DNA of 64,000 bases from Eledone cirrhosa. Its lineage: Eukaryota. Of the stretch, positions 42,017 to 54,787 are shown piece after piece. The position numbers and the translations under genes were made by a program. The DNA is taken from assembly GCA_964016885.1 (NCBI GenBank), contig OZ024743.1, forward strand, positions 278,504,001-278,568,000. The letters are read 5' to 3'. Within the stretch, counting starts at the first letter, position 1; every line of letters starts with the position of its first letter. The notes beneath the pieces are model-generated. The model saw nothing but the letters and a program-made list of their open reading frames with translations. It was not told where the DNA came from and did no database searches.

Positions 42017-43374
42017 TCATAATCTATAAAGCTCAGTAGATCAGTGTGTGGTCATTCTACTTTCTTATAGACATCTACGATATACAATTTCTTCAATTCA
42101 AATTTACAATTCAGTATTCGAAATAGTTTCGATTGCGTCTTGGCACATCTCATTTTTTTCAATTTCACCCACAATTACGCAAAAAATAGATAAAACTCAA
42201 TATTTTACGATTTTTCTCTGTCATTTAAACTGCTAAACTCTTTCCACTACCATTCAAAATCTATACAACTTTATACTTTCTGCTACTTTCTCTTTCCAAG
42301 CTTGATGGTGATACTGTCCGTTTCAAAAGCAACAGATACATTTATTCAACAACAAGCGATAAATCTTTTTTAAAACCTCTTTTCCAAACGCATGCAAACA
42401 CACACTCACTTCAACAACAACAATCTGCCTTTTATAGATAATGATAAACAATAATATCCTCTATGAGGTCAGTAAACCTGCTAGAAACAGCAGCTAACTC
42501 TCCCCCATTCACACCCCTCACTACTGTCTTAAATTTAGAAAACATATCTTCTATGAGGTCACTAAACCTGCTAGAAACAGCAGCTAACTCTCCTCCATAT
42601 CACACCACTCCCTACTGTCTTAAATTTAGAAAACACATCCCCTATGAGGTTACTAAACTGCTAGAAACAGCAGCTAACTCTCCCCCATATCACACCCATC
42701 CCTACTGTCTTAAATTTAGAAAACATATCTTCTATGAGGTCACTAAACCTGCTAGAAACAGCAGCTAACTCTCCTCCATATCACACCACTCCCTACTGTC
42801 TTAAATTTAGAAAACATATCTTCTATGAGGTCACTAAACCTGCTAGAAACAGCAGCTAACTCTCCTCCATATCACACCCATCCCTACTGTCTTAAATTTA
42901 GAAAACACATCCCCTATGAGGTTACTAAACTGCTAGAAACAGCAGCTAACTCTCCCCCATATCACACCCATCCCTACTGTCTTAAATTTAGAAAACATAT
43001 CTTCTATGAGGTCACTAAACCTGCTAGAAACAGCAGCTAACTCTCCTCCATATCACACCACTCCCTACTGTCTTAAATTTAGAAAACACACAGACAACCA
43101 CGCAGAACAACTCCACCGCAGCTCTGTTGTTCGACTGGCATCGTCTACGCGCGTGTTGCGCAAGTACTGTGAAACAATAAATGTCAACACTTTTTTGCAC
43201 AGAGATAATATCCATAGGCGAAACTACAATTGTCACTGCTGGCGCAGCTCCTGCTTCCAGTTCTGCAATTCATTCACCCAGTGCCTGGCAGACAAAAAGT
43301 GGTGCCATAAAATGGGCGGTGCAACCTAACTTTGGTAACTTAATGACCCCGAGCAACGCCGGGCTTTAATGCTA

Positions 43375-43375
<1 letters not shown>
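42017..43375 (+). mobile_element. Non-autonomous Helitron carrying a minisatellite
   Basis: 5' A|TC start. The 3' hairpin CCCGAGCAACGCCGGG is followed by CTAG|T. Confidence 0.7.
42455..43088 (+). repeat. Seven 90/91-bp tandem units with a 272-bp higher-order period
   Basis: ATGAGGT starts at 42463, 42553, 42644, 42734, 42825, 42916 and 43006. The variant CCCCTATGAGGTTACTAAACTG occurs in units 3 and 6. Confidence 0.95.
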
Positions 43376-43418
<43 letters not shown>

Positions 43419-43805
43419 CATGTATGTGTTTATATATATATATATATATAAATACATTAGTGGTTTACTTCGAGTTAATTAGTTATCAATTTATATTGAT
43501 ATTTAGGATTTCATGATGGGGCTTATATTTGTATCAATTTGTTTACCAAATGAATGTTCATATACTTCCATATTTATACATTTGTTTACATGTTTCTTTC
43601 GTATGATATACCGTTCACATATTTGCTTCCATGTTTGCTGTCACTCTTCTTTGTAGATTTTTATGTATATATGTTTTTATTATTTGTTGTGCTATTGTTG
43701 TTTTATGCGTTGGCACTGATGTCGTTATTGTTATTTTCGTCCTCTCAACAACAACATCATCACATACACACACATATATATATAAATATACGTGTATATA
43801 TATAT

Positions 43806-43848
<43 letters not shown>

Positions 43849-43958
43849 ATTAAAAAAATAATGAATAAAACAATGAAACAGTTCCTTATATTAAACAAAA
43901 AAAGTTCATTATTTAACGATCGTTTCTAGGACATATATGTGTTAGAATGGTAGATTTA

Positions 43959-43994
<36 letters not shown>

Positions 43995-44146
43995 GAGGTA
44001 TATATATATGTATATATATATATATACATATATATATATGAATATATATATATACATATATATATATGAATATATATATATGCATATATATATATCCATA
44101 TATATTTATTTATATATATTTATATATATATATATAAATATATATA

Positions 44147-44198
<52 letters not shown>

Positions 44199-44606
44199 CA
44201 CATGTGCGTGTGTGTGTGCATATGTGTACATGTAGCGCACCTTCTTCTTCCAGAAACTGGCTAATTAGAGACTTCTACCCCCAAGACACTAAAATTCTTT
44301 CAACAAAAGACCACATGACAACCACAATTCTCACCGCCAAAGACAAACGATTACAACAAAATAATAAAAAAAAAAGAAACTGAAAACAACTGAAATTAAA
44401 ACAAACAGTACAACAAAGAGAATAATAAATATGATAATAATGACAAAAATAATGACAAAATAAAGAGTAAAATAAGAAGAAAAGCAGAAGAGGGGGACGT
44501 GGAAGAAGAAGAAGAAGAAGAAGAAGAAGAAGAAGAAGAAGAAAAAGAAGAAGAAGAAGAAGAAGAAGATAACGCGTAAAAAAGTAGGAACATAATAATA
44601 AGGATA

Positions 44607-44638
<32 letters not shown>

Positions 44639-44985
44639 AATAATAATCACAGCAGCAGCAGCAGAAGCAGCAGCAACAGTAGTAGTAGTAATAGTAGTAG
44701 TAGCGATTTAGCACCATAGCAATATAACAATAGTAATATATACACCAGAACTAGAAAACAAGCAAACAAAGGAAAAAGAGAATGCACCATCCGGAGGCAG
44801 ATATACACGACTAGACAAAATGGAAGCAAAGCTTTATGTTTACCGATTTGTCTTTTTTATATACAACGAGAGATACACTCTACAAAATATCTTCAACACG
44901 GCTAAAAACCTTTCAAAGTAAAACAAAAAACATTTGTAAATATCATACTATAATACCATAACAGTGATAATAAATACACACACAC

Positions 44986-45144
<159 letters not shown>

Positions 45145-45947
45145 AGTTCTTTACACGAGGAACTAATATTGGTTTTTTAATAACTAATTAACCCGCGTGT
45201 GTTTTATATTTTACTCTTAATATTTCGGCCGGAGAATTATATTCCCATTTGCCCTTTATAGCATAACTTTCTGCATTTACTGCGGTTATGAGATTCGGGT
45301 ACAACTTCTGATTTAGCCTAAGAAAATATCTATATGCGTGTGTAATTTATACAAGCATATATTTATTTTTTTATTTTCAATTGAGTTCTTAAACACGTCG
45401 GATTGATAATGTTTTCAAAAAAACTAATTAACCCGCGTGTATATTATTATTTTTTTCCTCATTCCACGTGTTGTCTCCCCTTCCTGCTTCGTGTCAGTCA
45501 AAAACTGCTGGAATTTCAAATTTGGCGGTCATTCGAGGTGAGAGAGAGCTACTTTACGGACATGATTTTTGACAGCGGTAAGAAATTGTTTTCTTATATC
45601 AATGTTTAATGGGCTTCCACTGACGATTTATAAATGCCCACCTAAATATATTCTTACATGAATATATATTAGGCTTCTACATAAACTGGAAACATTCTCC
45701 CAAACTTGTAGAAAACTTATAATGAAACAATTGTTTGGAAAGAGAGATGTACTTTAACTTTAATTATATCTCATAAAATAATACAACTGGTTTTTCCACA
45801 TTATACATTTTGTTAGCACCCCAAACACTTAAATTGGGTTTATATTTTAATATAACCTAATGTTTGTTGAGTGAGATGGTTACCAGTCATAGTTTAGCTT
45901 TAAACTATCTCTGTTATTGTATTAATTATATATATATATATATATAT

Positions 45948-46885
45948 ATTGTTATACTTTGGGAGGGTCATTTTGCCAATAAGTAACACACGCACCAGAC
46001 GTTTTCACTCCAATTTATTATAAATTAAATTATAAATAGAAAAAAAATGTTATAAATTTCCGGTTGGTTGGTTGGTTCCACAACCGGACGGTTGTTCATA
46101 TATTGTCAAAGTTCTTTCGTCACACATTCTGTGATCTCTTCAGTGACTGGGGATTCTTTTCTTTGTTTTGTACCTCTTCTTTGTTCTGTCCTAAGCCATC
46201 TTGTTATTGTGTGTGTTGTGTGCTTAGTTTGCGCATGTGTTACATCCGGGTGTCTGTGTGTGTTTGTATTTGTTTATTTATTTGTTTATTTACATGTTAC
46301 TAGTTGGTTGTTTGTTCTATGTGTGTGTGTTTTCATTTTGTCCTTAATTGTAAGTTGTGATGTTGCTATTCCATTCATGTTTTCTATTTAATTTTGGTTG
46401 GAGTTCATTTATGTTTATTGTCTCTGTGATTTGTCTAAACATTGCGTCTTTTCTGTGTGTAGATTTTATTTTTATTTCTATGTTCTCTAATTTGCCCTTA
46501 TGTTCGATTTTAGCATGTTGGTGGAGTACTGATGATTCTGTTCTATCTTGAAGCTCTCACCAGTGTTCATTTAATCGTTCTCCTATACTACGATATGTCT
46601 CACCTATGTACACTATATTCTTATCTTTACATTGTCCTTCAATACATCTTATACTATATACTATCTTTCTAGTTTTGCAGTTAATATGGGGGCTTAGTTT
46701 ACAGATTATGCATTTCTTATCTATACAGGGAGATCTTTGAAAAGGGTATGTATTACTAATAAGTGTTTTTATGGAGGTACCTGGTCTTTCTACTATCTTA
46801 ATATTTCGTTTAAGTTTGTCTAGGGCCCTTCTAAATGTGTAAGCTAGTTCACCTTTAGAGGTTGTATTGATGAACATTACACACT
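45948..46885 (-). mobile_element. Neptune-type PLE 3' fragment (GIY-YIG plus pLTR)
   Basis: IKIVERPG, CKTRKIVYSIRC..YIGETYRSIGERLNEH. The pLTR is related to 3345-3755. Confidence 0.85.
46105..46147 (-). ncRNA. Minimal type I hammerhead
   Basis: GTCA-CTGAAGA-GA TCACA GAATG TGTGA C-GAAA-G AA C-TT-TGAC. Confidence 0.7.
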
Positions 46886-46994
46886 AAGTTACAAATTTAT
46901 GGTCCATTATGTATATATGTCCATTATATCTATATCTATATCTATATAAATATATATGAAATTACATATATATATGTATATATATGTAATATAT

Positions 46995-47810
<816 letters not shown>

Positions 47811-48225
47811 TATATATATATATAAATGTAATATATATATATAAATATAATATACATATATACATATACACGAACTAGCGCTATCAAAACTGTTCCTGGG
47901 ATGAGAGTGGATGATGTAGAAACAGGTTTATCAAGGGCCGAAGTAAAGATAGAGGCAGAAGGAGGTAGGTCAAACCAGCCGCAGCTATCACTAGCAGCAG
48001 TCGGAGCGACCAAATTTGTTCTCAACTTAGAGGAGATAGTAATAATAGGATATGTGTTCCTTCACGCACAAGGCGCTAAGGTACGCATGTATTGTCCAAC
48101 CAAATGCCAGTGTGGTTCAATGGTAGGTTAATAAATTAACGAGCCAGAACAAATCCCAGGAACAGTTTTGATAGCGCTAGTTCGTAATTTAAATTCAGGA
48201 ATTTTATATTCTTCGAATGAAAAGA

Positions 48226-48308
48226 ACCTTCTGACGAGTATCTTTCTTTGCAACGAAGGCCGTATGGTCTCCGTTTATTTTCGGGATTCGAAACCGATCG
48301 GTAAAGGT
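48226..48308 (+). ncRNA. Type I hammerhead, GUA site at 48303
   Basis: ACCTT-CTGACGA-GTATCT..GGATTC-GAAA-CCGATCGG-TA-AAGGT. Confidence 0.85.
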
Positions 48309-48705
48309 AACTATAGTAGGTAAAGTCAATTTTTAAAAATTTATTTTGAAACTTTTTCATTATTTGCTAAACCTTGTTTATATTTGTTCTGGCTCGTTAA
48401 TTTATTAACCTACCATTGAATCATACTGGCATTTGGTTGGACAATACATGCGTACCTTAGCGCCTTGTGCGTGAAGGAACACATATCCTATTATTACAAC
48501 TTCTCTAAGTTGAGAACAAATTTGGTCGCTCCGACTGCTGCTAGTGATAGCTGCGGCTGGTTTGACCTACCTCCTTCTGCCTCTATCTTTACTTCGGCCC
48601 TTGATAAACCTGTTTCTACATCATCCACTCTCATCCCAGGAACAGTTTTGATAGCGCTAGTTCGTAATTTAAATTCAGGAATTTTATATTCTTCGAATGA
48701 AAAGA

Positions 48706-48787
48706 ACCTTCTGACGAGAATCTTTCTTTGCAACGAAGGCCGTATGGTCTCCGCTTATTTTAGGATTCGAAACCGATCGGTAAAGGT
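48706..48787 (+). ncRNA. Type I hammerhead, GUA site at 48782
   Basis: ACCTT-CTGACGA-GAATCT..GGATTC-GAAA-CCGATCGG-TA-AAGGT. Confidence 0.88.
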
Positions 48788-48889
48788 AACTATAGTAGGT
48801 AAAGACAATTTTTTAAAATTCATTTTGAAACTTTTTCATTATTTGCTAAACCTTGTTTATATATACATATACATGTATATATGTACATA

Positions 48890-48977
<88 letters not shown>

Positions 48978-48979
48978 CA

Positions 48980-49026
<47 letters not shown>

Positions 49027-49030
<4 letters not shown>

Positions 49031-49638
49031 TGGCTGCCAACTCGTTTTCGAGTACGGCCACTACTTTATATCCATGTAGGAGAACCCCTACCGAAGCGCT
49101 GAACGAGTGTGACTTTTTAGTCCAGCCAGCGACTTGAAACCTCTGGTACAAACACTACACTTGTGACAATTATTGACACATAGTGCTGGGCCCATGGTAC
49201 CATGTGAGGACAAGTGCAGAGAGATCTCCAGATATAAAGCAATGCCTGTGCCGTGAAGCTTTTATAGTGAGCAAAGGCACTGCACAAAGCCAGTCCCACT
49301 CTCTTAACCAAGATGATATTTACCAAAAAGAAGAACAAGTCAACATCATTGGATACCATCAGGGTTGCAGGTGTTATATCAGAGTTTTCCTTCTCCTAGA
49401 ATTCTGCCTTTACAAAGGCTAAGGGGTCATCTCTCCCGGTGATTTTGGATGGCCATTGACTCTTAAGAGCTCCTTTGCCCTTTGACAGGTTTTGTTTTTA
49501 GTCCTGCAGGATGTCCAAAGTCACCCTCCTCACCAAGAAACCTTGGTGGGGTTGCCAGTTTAGTCGCCAACGACCCGACCATGAGACAGGTTGTACTGGG
49601 ATACATGTTACCAGTAGCACCAACTGGTGACCTGACAT
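49027..49638 (-). repeat. Longest (~610 bp) copy of the non-coding (TA)n-flanked family
   Basis: Same termini as 47263-47810 in the opposite orientation. Confidence 0.8.
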
Positions 49639-49639
49639 A

Positions 49640-49670
<31 letters not shown>

Positions 49671-50102
49671 TGTATATACATATATATATATATACATATA
49701 TATATTTATTAAAATAACAGATTAAAGTTTAACTAAAGAATCGCTGCTTTCACCCTTAACGTTAAGCGATTCTTTGCTTAAATTTTAATCTGTTATTTTA
49801 ATAAATATTTTCTCTACGGTTCTTATATATTTGATATATATTTAACCTTATTGAGCCCTCTTTGAATTTTAGTCTTCAAATTTATTATTATTACTATATA
49901 TATATATATATAAATATTTATACATATATAAATACAAGAAACTGACTGGCCAGTCTGCTGATATGCAAATCTGCTGATCAGTGGATCTGCTTATATGCAG
50001 ATCTGACTGATCAGCGAGTCTGCTAATATACAAATCAGGCCGATTAGTCACTCTATATTTTGGAAAATACCATATATTTTCACTAGCTCTGACATTTGGC
50101 AG

Positions 50103-50169
50103 GTGAACAGTGAGCTGTACTGATGAAGGGTGATACCCAGAAACATTAGTGGTCTGCAGTTCTGTTTAC
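50103..50169 (+). ncRNA. Extended type I hammerhead, GUC site at 50154
   Basis: GTGAACA-GT-GAGCTGTA-CTGATGA-A GGGT GAT ACCC A-GAAA-C ATTAGTG G-TC-TGCAGTTC-TGTTTAC: a 15-bp stem I with a 2-nt bulge. Confidence 0.88.
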
Positions 50170-50687
50170 ATGCCAACAGAAGAACAAGAATGAGGGGCTC
50201 ATTCTACTGACATGGCTTTAAAAATGAGGTTGTTTGCATAATTGCAAACGAATAGAATGTTATTATTAATATTAGAAAATCTCGTCTCTTTTCATTAAAA
50301 TAAACCTCATTTTCTTATATATATATATAGTAATAATAATAAATGTGAAGACTAAAATCCAAAGATGGCTCGATAATTATACCTATATATCAAATATATA
50401 AGAACACTAGAGCAAATATTTATTAAAATAACAGATTAAAGTTTAAGCAAAGAATCGCTGCTTTCACACTTAACGGGATCTTCTGAAACTAAAAAATCAA
50501 TCTGTGAACGCAGAAGTAAATATTTCGAAAAAACGTTGCAACCGAAGGGAAACAGTAAGACGATACTTTGGTTCGTGAAGACGTTCCCTGGCAATGAACT
50601 AATTCATTCACATTATTCTTAACTCGGAAGCCGACACTCATTCGGTTTCCTAAATAGAATACTAGTCTAATGACTCCATTAATACCA

Positions 50688-51045
50688 CTAGCTGACGTAC
50701 CCAGCTTCGCCCGGGTAAACAGATGATAAGAGAAGACAGGTAAAATAGAAAATGACTGTATTGGATGTGTGTCTGGTTACAGTATGAGGCGACTCTGTGG
50801 TGTCTGTGTGAAACAAAAAACAGTAAACAAATCTTCCAGTAATACCAGATTCTTCGTTGTACCGTTTGTGCATAGTATATAAACAATTATAGGTGCTCCC
50901 ACCTAGAATAGTGACCTCTAGGAGATGGTTCATCTTCTGCCTGACTGTACAACGTGTATCATTGCATAGACGTGGTTGTTCCACGTTTCTCAAAAGGATG
51001 ATGGAAATTCCAATCTTTTATATTATATGTAGATATAGATATAGA
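50688..51045 (-). mobile_element. Small Helitron derivative with a Pif1-helicase remnant
   Basis: Minus strand A|TC start and CCCGGGCGAAGCTGGG..CTAG|T end. Peptide LLRNVEQPRLCNDTR..NHLLEVTILGG resembles Helitron helicase LLRNLNPP.LCNGTRL. Confidence 0.75.
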
Positions 51046-51789
51046 TAATTAATATAAATGATGATGCTCAGTCAGTTCGTCTTCAACCATCGCAGCACGC
51101 CGTTGCTGCTTGGCTCCAGTGTTTCGTTGGCGTTGTTCAGCCAACTTCTCTTCATTCATGGTGGCATGTCTTCACCTCTGAAGTTCAGCGTTCCGATGGC
51201 GCTGTTCGGCCCGTTTTTTTTCATTCCTGGCTGCACGCAGTGGCCGCTGTAGTTCACTGTTTGATAAAGTCGAATTGCTTTTACTTTATGTGGAACGCTG
51301 CACGCACGCACATACACATAAACATACGCGCACGTACATACACACACACACATGGTAATAGTTACAGCGTTTACTTGGCCTCTCTGTTTCTTACTATCCC
51401 CTCTCACTCCCTCAGTAGCATTATGCATATTAATTTAAGTTTGGCGTCGTTGAGGTGGGCGGAGTCGTTTTAAACCTATGAACCTATGATAATCGAGAAT
51501 TATGACACACGGAATAATGACATTGTTGAAATTAATATATAGATAAACCCAGTTTTGTCCTTGCGTCTATTTGCTCTCATCGTTCCACATAACGACATAT
51601 TATCTTCGCTTTTTTCTGTTCATTGCCAGGGAACGTCTTCACGAACCAAAGTATCGTCTTCCTGTTTTCCTTCGGTTGCATCGTTTTTCGAAATATTTAC
51701 TTCTGCGTTCACAGATTGATTCTTTAGTTTCAGAAGATCCCGTTAAGGGTGAAAGCAGCGATTCTTTGCTTAAACTTTAAACTGTTATA

Positions 51790-51862
<73 letters not shown>

Positions 51863-51896
51863 AATAAGATCAAAAGATGGTTAAAAGAGTTCCGTG

Positions 51897-51967
51897 TATT
51901 TTATTATGCACATTTCAAAAACAAATATCATCATGCGATGACATTTGCGTTTTCGTCAGATAAAATA
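51897..51967 (-). ncRNA. Type I hammerhead
   Basis: TATTTTAT-CTGACGA-long stem II (..CAAATGTCATC GCAT GATGATATTTG..)-GAAA-TGTGCA-TA-ATAAAATA. Confidence 0.85.
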
Positions 51968-52830
51968 GGGAGACATGATATGAAGGTTAAAAAACACTTG
52001 TGAATAGTGCAGTTTAAAATCAACTTATGAAAAGTACCTTTAGATTGATGTGTGATATTGGGAAAAAAATGAGAGGGGGGGAGGAGGAATAAGAGGAGGA
52101 GATGAGAGTAAAGAATGGAGGAGGAGGAGGAGGAGGAGTATAATAAGGAAGGATGAGATAGGAGGAGAGATGGGTGATAGAGAGAGAGAGATAGCTTTTA
52201 TAACTGAGAAAAATATATTGTTTTACACAGAGAGGTTAAAAAACCGTTGGAAGATAATATATAAATTAAAAGAATTTGAAAATTAACGAAGAGAAAAATT
52301 TAAGAATAATGTTAAATTAAGGTTTGTATATTGAAGGGTTTAACAATATGTCCGATGAAAAGAAATTGTTAATATGTATTAAGAATAATATTAAATTAAG
52401 GTTTGAATATTGAAGGGTTTAATAATATGTGCGATGGAAAGAATTGTTGAAAGGAGCATTATACCAGATTATGTTTTTGTATCTAGGTCTTTTATTAAAG
52501 TTATTGGAATGATGATCATGATTAATTATTTTACTGTAAGATCTACTGTATTTGATTTTATTAGGATAACCGGCTTTAGGAAGCGCGTTATTATAGTAAT
52601 TGGCGTTAGCATCAAAGATGTTTTTATTAGATGATAGTAATATTGGAAAAAGAATATCCAACCTAACTATAGCATTCTTAATATTAGTGGGGTGGTTAGA
52701 TTTAAAATTAACATAATTTAGATTCTCATTATTTTCCCAATATCACACATCAATCTAAAACTACTTTTCATATGTTGATTTAAAACTGCACTATTCACAA
52801 GTGTTTTTTAACCTTCATATCATGTCTCCC

Positions 52831-52900
52831 TATTTTATCTGATGAAACGCAAATGTCATCGCATGATGATATTTGTTTTTGAAATACGCATAATAAAATA
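52831..52900 (+). ncRNA. Type I hammerhead, AUA site at 52892
   Basis: TATTTTAT-CTGATGA-same long stem II-GAAA-TACGCA-TA-ATAAAATA. Confidence 0.85.
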
Positions 52901-53054
52901 CATGGAACTCTTTTAACCATCTTTTGATCTTATATATATTATTTATACTCCAGTCCTACAAACTGTAGAGTGCTACTTATCCGATATCTGCATTGCTTTA
53001 TTGTACTACAATAAAACTCACCTCCTACATTATATATATATATATATATGTAAA

Positions 53055-53265
53055 TATTTAGTATATATAAAAATGACTTCTACATGACTAAGACTGCCTC
53101 CTTCGCATGAAATCGTAGGAATGTCACTCCTGATATTATACGAATGAAACAGTGCTAGTCCTGTAGATGTCATTTCTATATATACTAAAGATGACCATAC
53201 TCGACCAACGTATTGAGTATCTTTTCTGATTGTGGTTACCACCCGGTACAACTTGAGACCCTAGC
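53055..53265 (+). mobile_element. Decayed head-to-head hammerhead fold-back (family of 3790 and 46995)
   Basis: CTGAT..CGAAT-GAAA-CAG..CTG-TA-GA at 53131-53167, with a degenerate inverted arm at 53057-53125. Tail ATACTC..GAGTAT..TGTGGTTACC. Confidence 0.6.
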
Positions 53266-54079
53266 TATTACATGTATATACAATACTTAACTTCAATAAT
53301 ATGTTGATTAGCAATATAAAAACGAGGAAATAAAACATATTAATGAACATAAATTGCAATAGGAAATTACCGAATTAAATAAATACCTAATCAGACCGAA
53401 ACGACCTATCAATAAATGTCTTTCTCTGAAAGAGCTCATTAAAATAAAGAACCAACATAATATGTGTTATCAATCTTGAACCCCAAAGCTCATACACCGT
53501 TCACTAGCGCTTTTCCCTCTACTCCAGTTCCGCATACTCTTCCAGCTCCACCTTTCTTCCTTTTCATTATCATCACGTTCATAGGTCATTATGATCATCA
53601 TTATCAGACAGCGCCTTTTATATTCCGAGGTTAACTTTGCCGTTCATCCTTACGGGCTCGATACAATCAAGTACCAGTAATGCACTCGGGTAATTGCTGG
53701 CCTTGTGCCAAACGTAGAAACAATTATCAGACTGGCTAACATAAATGTCTAGCGACGATGCTATTTCTCACAGAATACATGTTGAGAGCAATGATCTAAG
53801 GCAGTGTAAGAATCGACAAATCTACTGATATGAGTAAAACGAAATAGTTTAAGGTTCTATATTAGACATTTAACAAAATGAAATTCCAACATCCATTTAA
53901 AAACATCCCGGATATAGAGACGATAATAATTGATATGACTTATATAAGTGACACCATATACCTTCGAATATGCACTCGCCGGTCGTGATGACATTAATAC
54001 ACTCGAAAATACATAAACACACACACACACGCAGACACACACGCAGACACACACACACACTCGCAGACACACACAAAAA

Positions 54080-54195
<116 letters not shown>

Positions 54196-54442
54196 ACCTT
54201 TGATTAAGTAGATTAACAACATTAAACCGTTATTGGACAAAGCTTTCTTTCGTTTTCTCATTGTAACTTTTCATATATAACGACAATTGTTTGTTCATGT
54301 TAACTCTTTAAGTCATCTAAGAAAGGTGTTAAAAAAAAAAAAAACGTATTTTAATCCATGATCAAATATGATAGAAATCGATTTTTGTCATTTTTTTTAT
54401 GCATTACAGGGTTATATGGATTTCAGTCATGTTGTGATATAA

Positions 54443-54787
54443 TCTTTATATATATAAAAGCGAGGATGTGTGTGTGTCTGTGTACAACTTTGCATGCGTA
54501 AGGCTTTCACAATTACCAACTGAATTTGACCAAATTTTCTGTGCACGTTGCTCAGACCACTAAGATTGTCACATCATAAACATTTTTCAAATCGACCAAC
54601 GTTGAGCAATAAAAAATCGATATCAAAATTATCGGTAGCAAAATTGATGTAAGGGAGATAACCAACTTTATTGACAGAAATATAAACATCAGATTCATTT
54701 GAAGGTAAATCACTAATATTATCGTTTGTTTCTTGTTTATTCTTTGTTGCATTTCAAACCCCGGGCAACGCCGGGTAAATCTGCTAG
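54443..54787 (+). mobile_element. Non-autonomous Helitron (~345 bp)
   Basis: A|TCTTTATATATATAAAAG start and CCCGGGCAACGCCGGG..CTAG|T end. Confidence 0.8.

Larger units (their letters stand above)
47872..48862 (+). mobile_element. Retrozyme/pLTR-like array: inverted partial copy, 480-bp unit and partial direct repeat
   Basis: 48155-48380 is repeated at 48635-48860. 47872-48150 is the reverse complement of 48385-48665. Two HHRs are present, with (TA)n flanks. Confidence 0.85.
49705..51790. repeat. Pieces of one PLE-like terminal repeat: fold-back 49705-49895, minus copy 50328-50630 and plus copy 51620-51790
   Basis: Shared AAAGAATCGCTGCTTTCAC.CTTAACG block. 50420-50600 and 51620-51790 are inverted. 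Other elements are nested between the pieces. Confidence 0.65.
51858..53030. mobile_element. PLE fragment (RT thumb region, minus strand) bracketed by inverted HHR-bearing pLTRs
   Basis: Minus peptides YVNFKSNHPTNIK, LSSNKNIF..YYNNAL.KAGY and NIIWYNAPFN. 51860-52072 and 52725-52935 are inverted repeats. Confidence 0.8.

Noticed and set aside
42455-43088. CRISPR-like regular repeats
   Set aside because: Whole units repeat with no unique spacers, there are no cas genes, and the context is eukaryotic.
48465-49079. 204-aa ORF across the HHR array
   Set aside because: It is partly microsatellite, the frame is not evidently kept in the 40238 homolog, and it has no protein motifs.
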